Origin: Ruditapes philippinarum
Lineage: Eukaryota
Length of the DNA: 64,000 nucleotides
Assembly: GCF_026571515.1 (NCBI RefSeq)
Contig: NW_026857874.1
Coordinates: 1-64,000 of the forward strand
Direction of reading: 5' to 3'
Part shown: positions 36,501 to 49,136 of the stretch, piece by piece
How positions within the stretch are numbered: position 1 is the stretch's first letter
Layout of the letters: every line of letters begins with the position of its first letter
The notes under the pieces: generated by a model
Database searches by the model: none
What the model was told of the DNA's origin: nothing
Seen by the model: the letters and a program-made list of their open reading frames with translations, nothing else
Program-made: the position numbers and the translations under genes

Positions 36501-39500
36501 GACAGTCCTGATAACGGGCAGGGTAATTGCGACATGCACAAAGAGAGGGGATTGAAAGGCTCGGACCATGAGAAAATATGGTATATCAAAGTAGCACTGT
36601 AAAATGCTTAGGGTAACGAATAATGGCCACCCATGGCTATTAAAAAAGCCTAACTCTACTAGCTTTTGACACCCTAATCATATTTTCAAGCAAAAACTTA
36701 GGTAACCCAATTGGAGCTATCTAAATGAGGTTGAAAACTAAAAAAACAGCATCATTTCAATCCTTAAAATTAGCATTCGTGCCTACTTCCTCTATATAGC
36801 TATAAAGGTATAAATTTATCCCCCCACCTCTCCAGTGATAGTTCCCATTAGCAGGTTCTTTCAAACTTACAGGTATCTGGCGACCGTGTTTCTTGGACGA
36901 GCTTGAGTCTTAATTTATATAAAAGGAACCTACCAGGCTATTGACGTGTTGCCTTGTCTCTAACTCGCAACGAAATCAGAACGAATTATAGGTCACTGTC
37001 TGTGCGCTCCTGAAAATGGTGCTGTTTGACGAAAATAGGGCACACCTACTAACGCCGCCCATGTCACGCGATGCGTTTTACATTAATGCAAAGAGGTCCT
37101 CAACTTTTGCACTGTCTAAATCTGTAAATTGCAAAGAAATCGAACCGATAAGAAAACCAATGAAAGCTCCGGAAATTGGTGTTTTATACGAAAATTCAAA
37201 TGTCTGTATTCTAATATACTCGGGCATCTTGCGGTCAGGTTTCTAGGGGCGAGCTTTATGAGTCTCATAATGCCGTAAAGAGGCCCCCAAAGCTATTGCA
37301 CTTGCCAATTCGGAAACAATTGTCACCGTGGGCTTCCAAAAATGGTGCTATTTTACGAAAATTCGTATGGAAATGTATACTGGTATACTAAACGCAGGAA
37401 AGCCTGACGCCGAGGTCACGCGTGCTTCTTGTAACCATCTTGTTTATTTGACTGCACAGTCTCCATTGTTCCGGCCAGAAATAAAATGCTTAACTCGCTT
37501 GAAGCGTGATAGGGAATATTATGACTTAACTTTGAGAGACTTGCTATATTTAGATTTTAGATACTAGTATATCATTTTCCTTTTTTTCTCTTTAGGCTAT
37601 TCAGATTCCTTTTTTGTTCTATTTATATTTAGGGCCAGGGCCTGGCAGATATGGTCTTCCATCAACGGTCGGGTATGAGGCTCATGATGCTACCAAAAGA
37701 ATGGAACCAGCCTACTCATTTGGCAGACGACTTCATTATGCAGACGAAAAAAGTAAGAATATTTTCACAGTTGTAAAGAAGCTTTCATTCTTGTACTTGT
37801 TTCTTCATTTAATAATTACATTTAATTATTAATTATATTCTAGTACTATGCTGTATAGCTGCTTAGGCTCGGGGTGTATCGTTTTCAGCCTGATTATCAT
37901 CGCTACAAAACTTGAAAAGTGCTTTGTCATGATCTCGCCGATTACTCCTTGTTTGAAGTGAAACGAAAAGGGCCGAAAAGTTGTGTATGCGATTTTCACG
38001 ATTTTCTTTGCATAGTATTTATAAATTGTAGCAGGGAAGAATGCCGGGTGAGAGAAGTGAGCGATACTATTGACCTTTACTGTAGTTTTATTTTGGATAT
38101 CAAAGCAAATCTTTTCTTTCGCAGAAGCCAGTCCTGGTCCAGCTTATTTCGTACACCCACAGATGACCCGTAATGGCAAAGATGGAACACCTAGCTATTC
38201 TTTGCTTTCCAGGCATTCAGAATTACGTAAGTTTGTTTATATCATTTCATTATTGCATGGCTAGGGACTTTTTCTTTGTTCTTAATACTAACCCATAATA
38301 TTCAGTACACTTTCAATGAGGATTTGAAAACTGTATTGATAACAGTGCAGTTTATTTATTCGTATAGAAAAAAAACCGTGCCTAATATAAAATTATGCAC
38401 CTCTTCTATAGCAGTGTACATTTATGCATGTAGTTTTTTACAGATGTTGAAATGGGGCGTGGTATAGTAGCAAAAACAGAGTGGTGGTATTGGTTCTTTT
38501 CTTTCTAAGATTTAAAACAAAAGGGAAAGAGCACAAGAGAGGGAAAAGCACTGAACATAATATTTTTTGTTGATTTCTGTTACAAAAACAGCGATAAAAC
38601 ATTTATTATATATGAAACAAGTTAGTTACGGGGCTATAACACTGGCTAGGCCACATCTCGAGCAATCGTCTTTGCCTAACGGCCTCGACATTTTTATAGA
38701 TGAAACATCCCTCGATGTCGCCCCAGCCAGTGTTGTATCCTCTAAATATTAATTTCCTTTTGTTTCATTCATTGGTGCGATGAAATGTTATACATGTACA
38801 CTCAAATATATTCTTCATCCAAAGTTTGATAATTCTAATTATTCACGGCAATTTCTTATGTTAAACCTATAGGCCTTATGCACAGGTCTACTGGCACGAA
38901 TATTTATTTCAGTCAATCATTGAAATTGTTATTAACTTTATTGTATGAATTAAATGTGTGGGTTTTTTTATTGAGCAGGAAAATTCAAGACACCGGCATC
39001 TTCGGCTTATTACCCAGAAAAAGTGCATCCTCAAGGTGAAAAGATTGCCCCTAAATATTCCATCGGGTTAAGGACGAGATTCCGGAAGTTGGATCATAAT
39101 CCGTCGCCTAGCAACTACATGCTGCCAACTGTGCTGGGACCGGCACAACCAAGCAAGACCTCGACTCCATCTTATTCAATACCAGGTCCATATTTGTTTT
39201 AAAATAGCATAATTTCTATTGCTAGTGCAAATGTCCTGTTCGATTATCTATATTTATCATTCAACATTTAAATAATTATGCTTAATTAGTTATTGATCAT
39301 AATTTTCCAAAATCATTTACAATACACTGTATATGTATACATGTACTGATAAAGGGACAGTGTCATAAACATTTTACTATTACACTTGCAAGATATGTTT
39401 GGGCATTTTTCCTGAAAGGTCTATAGACATACACGCCGATGTATTTATTCCCCATCAATAAAAGAGGAAACAAAAATGATCGGTCATATACCATCGCAAA

Positions 39501-39967
39501 GCCACTTGTACCTATAGCGATTAGCTTTCGCCACCATTACAAAGCCATTGCTTGAACCATTTGCATCTGTATTGTTGTCCTAAATCCATTTAACACGCAA
39601 ATCCACCAGATTATTTAAGAGTTATGTAAAAATGAATGACTTTCAAAAATCAAAGAAATTTGTTAATTTTTGTTTTTATTTGAATGATTTTTCATACATT
39701 TAAGGTCGTTCAAAGATCGGATGTTATTTGGAAGATCTGGCGAATGCTCCAGGACCGGGTCATACCAAAAAAGTTGAAAACGACGTCTACATGTCCAGAG
39801 CACCCAACTACTCACTTAGGAATCGGTGCTACATGCCACAAGACAACGTGAAAAAGCCAGGACCCGGGGCTCATTACCCAGAAAAGGTCGAGATAAGCAG
39901 AGCCAAGGCACCAAGCTATTCCCTCGGCGTTAGGCACGCAGAATTTGTTTGTCCCCTTATAGCATAG
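33555..39967 (+). CDS. Ciliary microtubule-associated protein 1 / ODF3-like SHIPPO (STPGR) repeat protein, 245 aa; resembles the ODF3L1/ODF3L2 type
   Basis: Exons 33555-33600, 37633-37752, 38125-38226, 38979-39185, 39705-39967; total 738 nt, all phase-1 introns. Reads MQPKSKYRPIEGRVR|GPGPGRYGLPSTVG, SPGPAYFV, PSPSNYMLP and KPGPGAHYPEKV. AATAAA at 39988. Exon 1 is less certain than the others. Confidence 0.9.
33998..36374 (-). mobile_element. 5'-truncated LINE (RTE-X-like) with an intact RT ORF, 3' UTR and (CATTGT)n tail, antisense in intron 1 of the CIMAP1-like gene
   Basis: ORF 34345-36309 is followed on the minus strand by an AT-rich UTR, AATAAA and CATTGTCATTGTCATT. The clade call rests on a recalled ETGRH..C-x2-C..E.HF..C C-terminus and is tentative. 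Confidence 0.9.
34345..36309 (-). CDS. Non-LTR retrotransposon reverse transcriptase (partial ORF2) with a C-terminal zinc knuckle
   Basis: Motifs G.DGI, P.HKKG..DPNNYRAIS, QAGFR, DFLKAFD, GTKQG, LLFADD, YKYLG and CSFC..HFLIDC; 654 aa with no stop. Confidence 0.92.
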   Translation of the reverse strand: MISVNSLKNNCATGVDGICIEMFKSTIYLTIPYLNKLFNNILHTGHFPPTWAESIVTPVHKKGNKSDPNNYRAISVGNSLSKIFMKILANRLTKWAELNNIIDECQAGFRSNYSTIDNIFNLQSIVQKYISKSRGRLYVFYVDFLKAFDNCVHFKIWESLERKGISPEGRFLTLFRNIYSQLRSCVKVSGPTMNGLTDFFECAKGTKQGCVTSSIIFNLYINDLVKYLNNKCQNGITISQHTGELYCLLFADDVSSFADTAINLQRQINEISNYCAETGMCINLDKSKIIVFRNGGPLRQYEHWMYNENEIEVVNCYKYLGAYFTPKLSWTKTKDVLAIQATKAVNVIYAYQKHFGYFSVNDAFKLFDAMVKPILTYSSEIWGYNTCRQIENVHISFCKRIACLNQNVASFFALSECGRLPISVTYMSKCVKYWLKLTEMPQYRLPRQCYIMLRNLDEQGRITWATHVKRMLFQLGLGYAWTANGVGNVNTFMQVFRTRVSDCCRQEIMSDINSSPKAISYRIYKTSISDECYLSLSMPYKYKRALANFRCSAHDLKIETGRHLNIDREFRFCSFCLKRNVYVVENEVHFLIDCHLYNDLRHKHLNFCNWNVILNSNERFNTIMSETAKDNIRKLAKFIYEANSLRKLQITEHI

Positions 39968-40756
39968 CTGAAGTTTAACGAAAGAATAATAAATACACGT
40001 TTTGTTTATTTTATTTTGTTATTATGATTTGTTTTTATGTGCCACTCGTTTATAAACACGTGTATTAGATACATGTATAATTTTTGTAAGCAAAAAACGT
40101 CAATTTTAGTTTTCTTAAGAAGACAAAATGTCGAAAGCTAATGCTTTATTGAACTGATTACTAAGTATGTATAAATTATGACTAATTATGTATAAGTTGA
40201 ATTGATACATGAATAAGTATTGGACATTAGATTGCTAATATAATACAAAGAAGAAAGACCCTGTATCATAGAAACGAACCTGAAAATGGTTTATCAGTCT
40301 TACAAGATTCCCGTGTTAATTATAAGCGCACCATTTACAACACGTCACGTATAATAGTAGTATAGTGTCTCCAAGATGTCTGGAAATACATGGAAAACGT
40401 GCAAACCTTCAAGTTTGAGACCGGTCTAACATGTCCTAGAGTTGTTAATTTGCATACATAAAATTACATGTATATGCATATATGAAGTTTATTATAATTC
40501 GGATTTCTTCGTCACCTCCGGTGTCAGGTCTGCGTAAGATCGGACGCAACCATACCTCTTGTCGACCATATGCTTTCGAAATAAAGATAAAGTCGAAAAC
40601 CGATTGGATGTAATTGATGCAGTCAAAACTCAAAGAATAAATAAATCACTTTTATTATAGCACTTGCCAGAAATCATACATGACTATATATGAAGTTAAA
40701 AGTAATTTAAGCTTTAATTCATGTTACAAAATGAATGTGATTAGAGCATCTTTGTG

Positions 40757-42592
40757 CTAAGCTAAATGAAATGGCTTCATCATTCGATTTTCTTCTTTTG
40801 TTGAGTATTTTTCGCCAGTAAATATATCATAGGCTTGAACTTCGAAATCTGTATCCCCTACAACAAGAACGTAATCTGTACACAGCCTTTCCGACCATCC
40901 CTTCACCGGAGCTTTAATTCTAGTTGTGAACACCTCGGTGCACCCCTCCTCTTTGATGCAGTATTTTGGATCGTCTGCAGTAGAACGAAATAGTTGCGCG
41001 CATGCGTCGCGTTGTTTGAACTGAAAGAACTTCCGGTCATTATTTCTGGTCTCCATTCTGAACCTGTCACCTACTCTTAGCAGCTGATTTTTGTCTATAA
41101 CTTTTTGGAAAACATCTCTGCAAAGTATTTTACCATCTCTGAAGAATTGCAGACTCCTCGGATGTTCTTTCTCCTTAAATGGCGTCGCAACGGCAAATCC
41201 GTAAGTAAACCTAGATCTTCGTTCTATAATATCATCCGGTTCATAACCCATCAAAACAGCACCTTTGAGTACAGCCAGTTCATTTTCTGGTACGGATGAA
41301 ATGACCATCGAGCTCATTTCTCTTTGGATACTTTCTTTAACATAGTTTGATGACGAATATCCACCAGTCAGCAATAAATTGCTCACTTGGTTTCCGGTTC
41401 CTGTAACAATATCCCTGAGCATGCGCAACACGCCATCTATAGATGGTTTAAAGAAACTTTCAATAATTTCTTTTTTAATATGCAATGTTGCCTCGCCTTC
41501 TAAACTTACGAATTCATGTTCATCGATAGCATTTATCATATCAGAAAATTTTAGGTTTGAATTACGTTCTGCGATTGTAATAAGTGATGACGGAATCTCA
41601 ATAACGATTTCTTTGGTTTCATGGGCAATGTTTCTTTTAATCACTTCAAATGTTCTCATTAATTTAACAAAGTCAAAATATTTTGGCCAATAGAAACATT
41701 TCCAAACCTCTTCGCTTACTATTTTCTTCATGAATTGAATGAACATAAAGTCAACCGAATTTCCACCGACGTCATTTCCGGTCGCTCGATGGAGTTCTCT
41801 GAATCTTTCTCCAGGAAGAATTTCATGAACACAAATGTCGACTGTTCCTCCACCAAGATCCGCGATGATATACTTATTTCCAACAGAAAACTTCTTCCTT
41901 TCGCTTTCGTCTTGTGATTTGAGCATTTTTGACTTCCAAAAGATAACTGCTGCTTCCGGTTCGCGAACCAATCGAATTCTGTCACGTGGGATACCTGCTT
42001 CAACAATAGCCTCGCGCATGAACTGTCTACCCGAGTCGGACCATATTGCTGGAATGCTCACAGTCCAATTCACCGATGTAGGAATAATCCTCACGCCTTT
42101 TGGCAGTCGCTCGCGCATAGACCTCAAAGCAAGTTTACCAATATGTCGGATTAGTTTTGAAAATAGTTCTATAGCGAGAATCTTTCTTCCTTGACTGTCT
42201 TGAATTTCTGACTCGTGTGTCAAGTCATCAATTTTGTATAGATCCATTTTGATATTGTGAAAGTAGCGATATCCTTGGTGTCTATGAGTTAGAACGAGCT
42301 GTGCATATCTGTCTACCGCCGGTTTTCCAAACGCATTTATGGTTCCGTCTGCATTCAACAATAACACGGGTGGTACCCGGTTCTCTGTCAGCTTGATAAC
42401 ATGGATAGATGAAAGTGCCACTTCACCATCAGGAATCGTGGAACCATCAGCATTTTCAGACGCGGGTGTATTTCCTTCCGGTGACTCTTCAATTGCGAGA
42501 AATATTTTATCCTTATTTGACGGAAATGAAAATGCGAAGCCAGTGTTAGAAGTGCCAAAATCTATGGCAACGAATGCTTTAAATGTACCCAT
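40757..42592 (-). CDS. HSPA12: Heat shock 70 kDa protein 12-like (HSPA12 family), single coding exon, 611 aa
   Basis: Motifs VAIDFGTSNTGFAFS, SIPAIWSDSGRQFMREA, EPEAA, DLGGGTVDI, TGGY and AVLKGAVLMG..RRSRFTYG; no canonical Hsp70 EEVD tail. Confidence 0.93.
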   Translation of the reverse strand: MGTFKAFVAIDFGTSNTGFAFSFPSNKDKIFLAIEESPEGNTPASENADGSTIPDGEVALSSIHVIKLTENRVPPVLLLNADGTINAFGKPAVDRYAQLVLTHRHQGYRYFHNIKMDLYKIDDLTHESEIQDSQGRKILAIELFSKLIRHIGKLALRSMRERLPKGVRIIPTSVNWTVSIPAIWSDSGRQFMREAIVEAGIPRDRIRLVREPEAAVIFWKSKMLKSQDESERKKFSVGNKYIIADLGGGTVDICVHEILPGERFRELHRATGNDVGGNSVDFMFIQFMKKIVSEEVWKCFYWPKYFDFVKLMRTFEVIKRNIAHETKEIVIEIPSSLITIAERNSNLKFSDMINAIDEHEFVSLEGEATLHIKKEIIESFFKPSIDGVLRMLRDIVTGTGNQVSNLLLTGGYSSSNYVKESIQREMSSMVISSVPENELAVLKGAVLMGYEPDDIIERRSRFTYGFAVATPFKEKEHPRSLQFFRDGKILCRDVFQKVIDKNQLLRVGDRFRMETRNNDRKFFQFKQRDACAQLFRSTADDPKYCIKEEGCTEVFTTRIKAPVKGWSERLCTDYVLVVGDTDFEVQAYDIFTGEKYSTKEENRMMKPFHLA

Positions 42593-43180
42593 TTTTAAAC
42601 ATATCCAATTTTTATATTACACTCAAAAGAATTTTTCTCTGTCTTTTATGAAGTTTTCTTTTACGAAGTTAACGCATAATTTAAGACTTATTTAAGAAAA
42701 ATATATTTCACTTATGTAAAAGCATTTGTAATGCCGTTTGCACACTTATAGATAAAATTCTACTTAATGTGTTAAAACGCTTTTGAAAATGGATTCGATT
42801 TGAAACCAAATACGGTATGTATCAAGATAACAACTTGCTTTACGCTTGACTACTTTGAGACAATTAGTCACTTGTTAATGTGTTGTGAAGTAATAAATTC
42901 AATAATTAGTTACAATCTACCTTACTGGTTCAGATTACTTAAAGAAATTTTATGGGACACCGTGCCAGTGATCTTTATTTCTTATCCCAGCTTGACGAAA
43001 AGGGCCGAAAAGATGCATTGACTTTATTTTTTGTAATTTTGAACGTCCCTGTTATGCAAACAGACCTGTTAAGGATATGTTAATTAATAACTGTAACGGG
43101 ACAACGACAATAAGAGCTTTTGAAAAATAAAAATAGCATTTTAGAGATGCAGTGGTGGGCCTTTAACCAATCAAAAGTGT

Positions 43181-43670
43181 AACAAGAGGGTCATGATGAC
43201 CTTATATCGCTCACCTGATTATTAAGGCTCTTAATTAATGTTGTTAGAAATGAATGGAAAAGAAATAAAATGTCTTAATTTTAAACGGATATTTTAACGT
43301 TCATGTGTAAGGCTTTTCCATATATGGGCTGTCACCTAGTTTTTGATTTCAGATGACCTATATTCAAACTTATGCCAGGAATCATTTAAACAACCTTGCT
43401 GACAAATTTCCAGGATAGTTGGGCTGAAAATATTACAAAATAGTGTTTTAGTGTTAACACGGCTTTTTCATTGGACTCTGTGACCTAGTTTTTTTTACCC
43501 CTGATGACCCATTTGATCCCAGATTACCCATGTTCAAACTTGACCTAGAAATGATCAAAGCAGCCTTTTTCACAAATTTTCAGGATATTTGGGTTGAAAA
43601 TAATTACCTCTAGAGTGTATTTGGGTCGTGTGACCTAGTTCTAGACCCTAAATACCCTTATTTAAACTTG
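43181..43670 (-). mobile_element. 3' fragment of a HINE-type element
   Basis: AACAAGAGGGTCATGATGACCTTATATCGCTCACCTG terminus (hairpin plus subTIR), followed by decayed TGACCTAG-containing units. Confidence 0.65.
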
Positions 43671-43981
43671 AGTCACCATTCCATTTATCAGGAAACTGTG
43701 CATCCATCAATTCTTGACAAAATAGTACTTAAACTTATTACATGCTTTTCGGTGGTTTATACAAATATATCAGTGAATTATAAAACTGATATTCCACTGT
43801 TTAAAACAGTGAAAATATCAATTTGATATTTTTCACCGTTTTGAATTTAAGCCGTTACGTTGTTTCAGTGAAATACCAGCGCACACAGTACTGGAAACCA
43901 ACTTTATGATGTTATTTCGTAAAAGATTTTCATTTAGAAATAGGTTAAATAGGTATATTTAAATGTTTCTTTGCATATAAT

Positions 43982-45014
43982 AACAAGAGGGTCATGATGG
44001 CCCAGAGTCGCTCATCAGAAACAACTGCTTTTCAGTAAAAGATAAGAGACTACCTAAGATTGCTACAGACAAAGTTTGGTGATCATCCATCAATTAGTTT
44101 GTAGAAGCAGACGTTTAAAGATACTTCTATTTTTAGCTTTAGCGGCCCCTAAAAGGGGCCTATCAAATTAATATGAGCAAACTTGATGACTACCTAAAAA
44201 TGCTACAAAGTTTGGTGATCATCCATCAATTATTTCAGTAGATGATGTTCAAAGAATTTTCTATTTTTACTAATTTTAGCTTTAGCCACCCTTAAAAGGG
44301 GCCAATCAAATTTTAATAAAAGACTACCTAAGAACTCTACAAAGTTTGGTAATCATCCATCAATTTTTTCAGTAAGAGATGATGTTCAAGGGGTTTTCAA
44401 AGGTTTTCTATTTTTAGCTTTAGCGGCCCCTAAAAGGAACCAATCAAAGTAATATGTGCAAACATGATTAAAAACTACCTAAGAATGCTACGGACAAAAT
44501 TTTGTGATCATCCATCATTCAGTCCTGTAGAAGTAGACGTTTAGAGGTATTTCTACTTTTAGCTTTAGAAAGGAGCCAATCAAATTAATATGAGCAAACT
44601 TGATAAAAGACTACCTATGAATGCTACAAAGTTTGGTGATCATCCATCAATTAGTTCTGTAGAAGATGTCTCTAGAGACCCCTAAAAGGGGCCAATCAAA
44701 TTAAAATGAGCAAATTTGATACAAGACTACCTAAGAATGCTACAGACATTTTGGTGATCATCCATCATTTAATTTATTAGAAGATGTTTAAAGGTTTTCT
44801 ATTTTTAGCTCTGTTGATCCCTAAAAGGGACCAATTGTAATGGCATGAGCAAGTCTAAGTGTGACTGTCACAAGGATACTACAGACCAAATTTTATGTAA
44901 ATCTGCTCAGTAGTTTCAGAGAAGACGATTGTTGACACATGACGCCAGATGCGTGAGTATTCCCCTTTGATACCAATAGCTCACCCTGAACTTTCGGTTC
45001 TGGTGAGCTAAAAA
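43982..45014 (-). mobile_element. Complete HINE-type element with an internal ~135-150-bp tandem array
   Basis: Minus-strand 5' end TTTTTAGCTCACCAGAACCGAAAGTTCAGGGTGAGCTA; about 6 units containing GACTACCTAAGAATGCTAC..TTTGGTGATCATCCATC; 3' end TGAGCGACTCTGGGCCATCATGACCCTCTTGTT. Confidence 0.85.
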
Positions 45015-47027
45015 GAAAATTTGTTTAGTTTAGTGTAAGATCGAAATATATTTCACCTTGAGCACTAAATGTTCACTCAGTGAAATAATTCTGATCTTAC
45101 ACTGACCTAAACAAATCATATCTTCATTATTCTTTGAACATCATTCTCTTTCTATGACAGTCATGATTTACATGTAATTGACTTCATTGTATACTTTTTA
45201 CAAGGCAAAAATACAGACTTATTGATGAGGAAACTTCACATGTCCCTGTAGTATATATAATTCAAGCCATAGACATGTACCCAGTAAAAAACACTGGCCT
45301 TCCATAAAGTTACCAGCTTGATACCAAAGACTTGCTACAATAACATATAAAATAACTACATAGTTAATGCAAACAAAATTTATTTCACATATTCAAACAC
45401 AAGACATAAAGTAAATGAAATGTTTTATATACAAACAGTATTTGAATAGAATAATAAACTTTGTCCATTAAGTAACAATACAAAGTTACTCAGTGGTACA
45501 CAAATCAACATGTGATGTCATCTATGACATCATCATTCTGTGTAATAATCATCAATACATAAAAAATGCTGAACATATCTTTGGGGTTTTGACAAATTTG
45601 CCATTCTTGCATCTATGATTTAATACATAATGATGTATGAAACGACTATACCAAAAGAATTAACAAAGTCTAAGATATATCATTTAAATTCAATACACCT
45701 TAGCAAGCAGTCCTTTTTCCTCAGGATAAATTTCAATTAATTCATACTTAATTCAAAACATTTTGAATAAGGATCTTTTCTTATGAAAAAGACATACCTA
45801 CAAATTTATATCAAAATAGCTGACTTGAATATTTCAAATAACTAATAAAACAAATCTGACGAAAACATAAACACTTAGAAGTTTGTCAAATTTTACAATG
45901 TCCAATTTTACTATTACAGTAGTATCACAGAGACACTGAGATAGAATAATGATTATAAATGATTTACTCAACAGTAGCATATACCTTTTGAGATTAAAAA
46001 ATAAATCATTAAATTTACAATGAAATATTAGCACAATTTGACTCTATTGAGTTTTCTCTTAGTTGTTATATGTTATATGGTTTATAACAAAATTCTACTG
46101 TAGAAGTTGCTTCCCTTGGCAAAAAATAAAACAAATTGTACATATGGTTATGTCCAGTGGTTATGTACAGAAATTGAACAATAATCAATGTTCCTCAAAG
46201 AGAGAAAAATATGGGTACAAATTACAGAAAATAGGTAAGACGGAGTATATATTTTCCTATTACTACATACATTTTACTTACATATGAAAGAATCACACAT
46301 AAAATATTGAACAGAGAGTTAGAGTAAATCCCGAGGAAGACAGAAACTTAGGGAGAAAACAAGATAAGCATGTAACATCACAATATATACATTGAAAGTA
46401 TATAGTTTTTTATGTTAGATACAATGCATTTATAAGCTCTCACTTTTTAAGAGCTTCCGAAACAAATATAATCACAACTTTTTATATTGGTCCCTTTAAC
46501 TCTTGGTCTGACAATGGAAAAATATATATACATAATATTATTTCAAGTGAACTATAATAGTTACATATCATCATTGTTTCAAAATTGTAAAAAGTAACAT
46601 TTCAAACGTCCATTATTCCTCAGAAATGCTTTGATTTTAATTTATATTTTGATGTTCAGTTTTTAGTTTCCAAACAGTTACTAATTGGCCAATTAACCTG
46701 AATCATATTTTGCTTCTGCTGTTTTCAGGGATAAAATATAGTTAGTGTTTTAGCATTTTGTATGGAAGTCAAAATACAAATTTGTTTGCATTTTGCTACT
46801 TTAATGACAAAAATTTTAACATTCAGTGCTATTTACTTTGAGTAATAAGCAAATAACATGCTCTAAAACGATTATTTAATCATTATAAAACTCATGTTTG
46901 CCCTTTCCAAAGGAAAAAAGTATTCATTTCTGAGGCATAATGCGTCTTTAATGCCCTGAATTTGCATAATGGACTTATCCAACTAGCATCTTTATAGAAA
47001 TATGACCCTTTCTGATTTTATGGGTAT

Positions 47028-47266
47028 TTTGTTTGTTTTGGGTTTTACGTCACATCGACACAGTATAGGTCATATCGCGACATTCCAGCTTTACTGGTGG
47101 AGGAAGACCTCAGGTGCCCCTCTGTGCATTATTTCAGGCACGAGGCACGAAAGGGCACCTGAGTAGAACCACCGACGTCCCGTAAACTAGCTGGATAGCT
47201 TCCTCACATGAAAGAATCCAAAGTCCCTGTCGGGATTCGAACCCACAGCGGTGAGGGACAAGTGGT
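47028..47266 (-). mobile_element. 5'-truncated tRNA-derived SINE
   Basis: High similarity to 24782-25048, including the B box and GAGGTCTTCCTCCACCAG. Confidence 0.85.
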
Positions 47267-48556
47267 TGATTCTATGAGTGTAAATGACAACCCAAATTAT
47301 CACACAGGAAACTTTAGAAGATTGTCATCTGACAGTAAAACACCTAGTAACAAACTGAATATAACTGCATAATGAGCTGGTGTATATTGTGAAGGCATAT
47401 TGTCGACACTCAAAAATTTCTGTTCCTGCATTCTCATAGGTTACATGGATAATTCTTAGAGCTTTAAGAACATCAATTTCAATTTATATACAGACATTAC
47501 AATTAAGTTTATAAAAATATAAACCAATTATTCCTAAACAAGTTTAGCACTAAATTATGTAAATTTTGATAATCGTAGAAGAATTCTTTATGGACAAACA
47601 ACACTCAACAATATTATAAGCCTAACTAAATATACAAGAATAGATTGATGTAGGTTCTATAGAACCGAAAACCGGTAGAGAATAAATAACCCCAACCAGC
47701 TCTCGAGTTGACATACATGTTGTACTTCACCATTTTCCTCTTATTTTGATGTATAGAATGAATAACTTGCATGGCTTAAAATATACTGTACACAGAAAAA
47801 CAAAATGACTGAATCTATACTTTATAACACTATACAAAATATAAATTTTGAGATTTTTGATGAGTACATTATATTGTCATGCGGTTATACTAAATAAATC
47901 AAAACCTCAAGTAAATACATGTAGTATGGTTTTAAACGAAAAATAGAAAACTGGCGTAATTTTTTTTCAATATTTCTATTGCATAAGAGCACTGTCTATT
48001 CACATTATTCCTGATAAACAGTGTTCATTTAGAAAACAGTGATCCCTGTCAAAATAAGAATACTTATGGAATGAATGATACTAGCTAAAAGACTAGACCT
48101 GCACATCTTAATTCAAGCATAGTTTCATATATGCTACAATACTTTTGGTTTTGTCACACTTATGCACATTTTATGACTTTACAAGCAATATAAAGTTTGG
48201 AGAAAAAACTCTTTGGAAAAATAAAAAAAAAACTCGCTTAAGTTGACCACATTTAAAAAAACAATTGCATGTAAACAAATCAAAGCTATATTGAAGCAGT
48301 GACTACAAAATTCATTTTATTGAAAATTTAATTAATCTGGTGACTTAAAAAAGTTTCATAATAAAAATAAATGCATTCTTGATTACAGTTAATGTAGTCA
48401 TCTCTTTTTTATTAAGAAAAAAAAAGAAAAGAAAAAAACAATCATTAAAATAATAATTATCAGAAATATTTCATCTTTGAATGACTAAACATATGCAATA
48501 AAATATATATAAAGGCACTGAATATTGTATCCCTGTAGGATGTCAAATGTGAAAAA

Positions 48557-48745
48557 TGTGTCATGCATTCTGATTGGATGTTGCTGTTTACAGTAACCAA
48601 TGTGTCTTGGATTCTGATTGGATGTTTCTGTTTACTGTAACTAATTTGTCTTGGATTCTGATTGGATGTTGCTGTTTACTGTAACCAATGTGTCATGCAT
48701 TCTGATTGGATGCTGCTGTTTACTCATTATTACTGTAACCAATCC
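48557..48745. repeat. ~46-bp minisatellite containing ATTCTGATTGGATG..TGTTTAC.GTAACCAAT, about 4 copies
   Basis: Tandem units downstream of the CKS1 stop codon. Confidence 0.75.
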
Positions 48746-49136
48746 AATTTCAAGTCATCTATATCTATATTGAAGCTCTATTTGCCAGATTTTGAACATG
48801 ATCTCCATGTATCTTTCCAAACATATTTATTCCAACACTAACTATTAAACACAGATTTAATGACACTGTCTTGCTGATTCAACATTGAAAACCATTATCA
48901 CTTCATGCAAAGGTGAAATATTTCCGATTGCATGTGATTCAACAAAATATTTGATCTTGTGCCAAGTCCTGAATCGTATCTTCCAAAACACATACACACA
49001 CATATTAAATACACAATAATATTATACACAATAATATTATGACATATGCGGGATAAGATTCTGTATACTGGATGGAAACTTTAAAATCACAACTTGCTCT
49101 TGGAATCAGAGAGTATATAAAATGTTTTTATGACTT

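Noticed and set aside
37016-37567. Short ORFs as the first exon of the CIMAP1-like gene
   Set aside because: They show no family resemblance, whereas 33555-33600 gives a better N-terminus, donor and phase.
41105-42695. Several plus-strand ORFs
   Set aside because: They are antisense shadows of the HSPA12 coding sequence.
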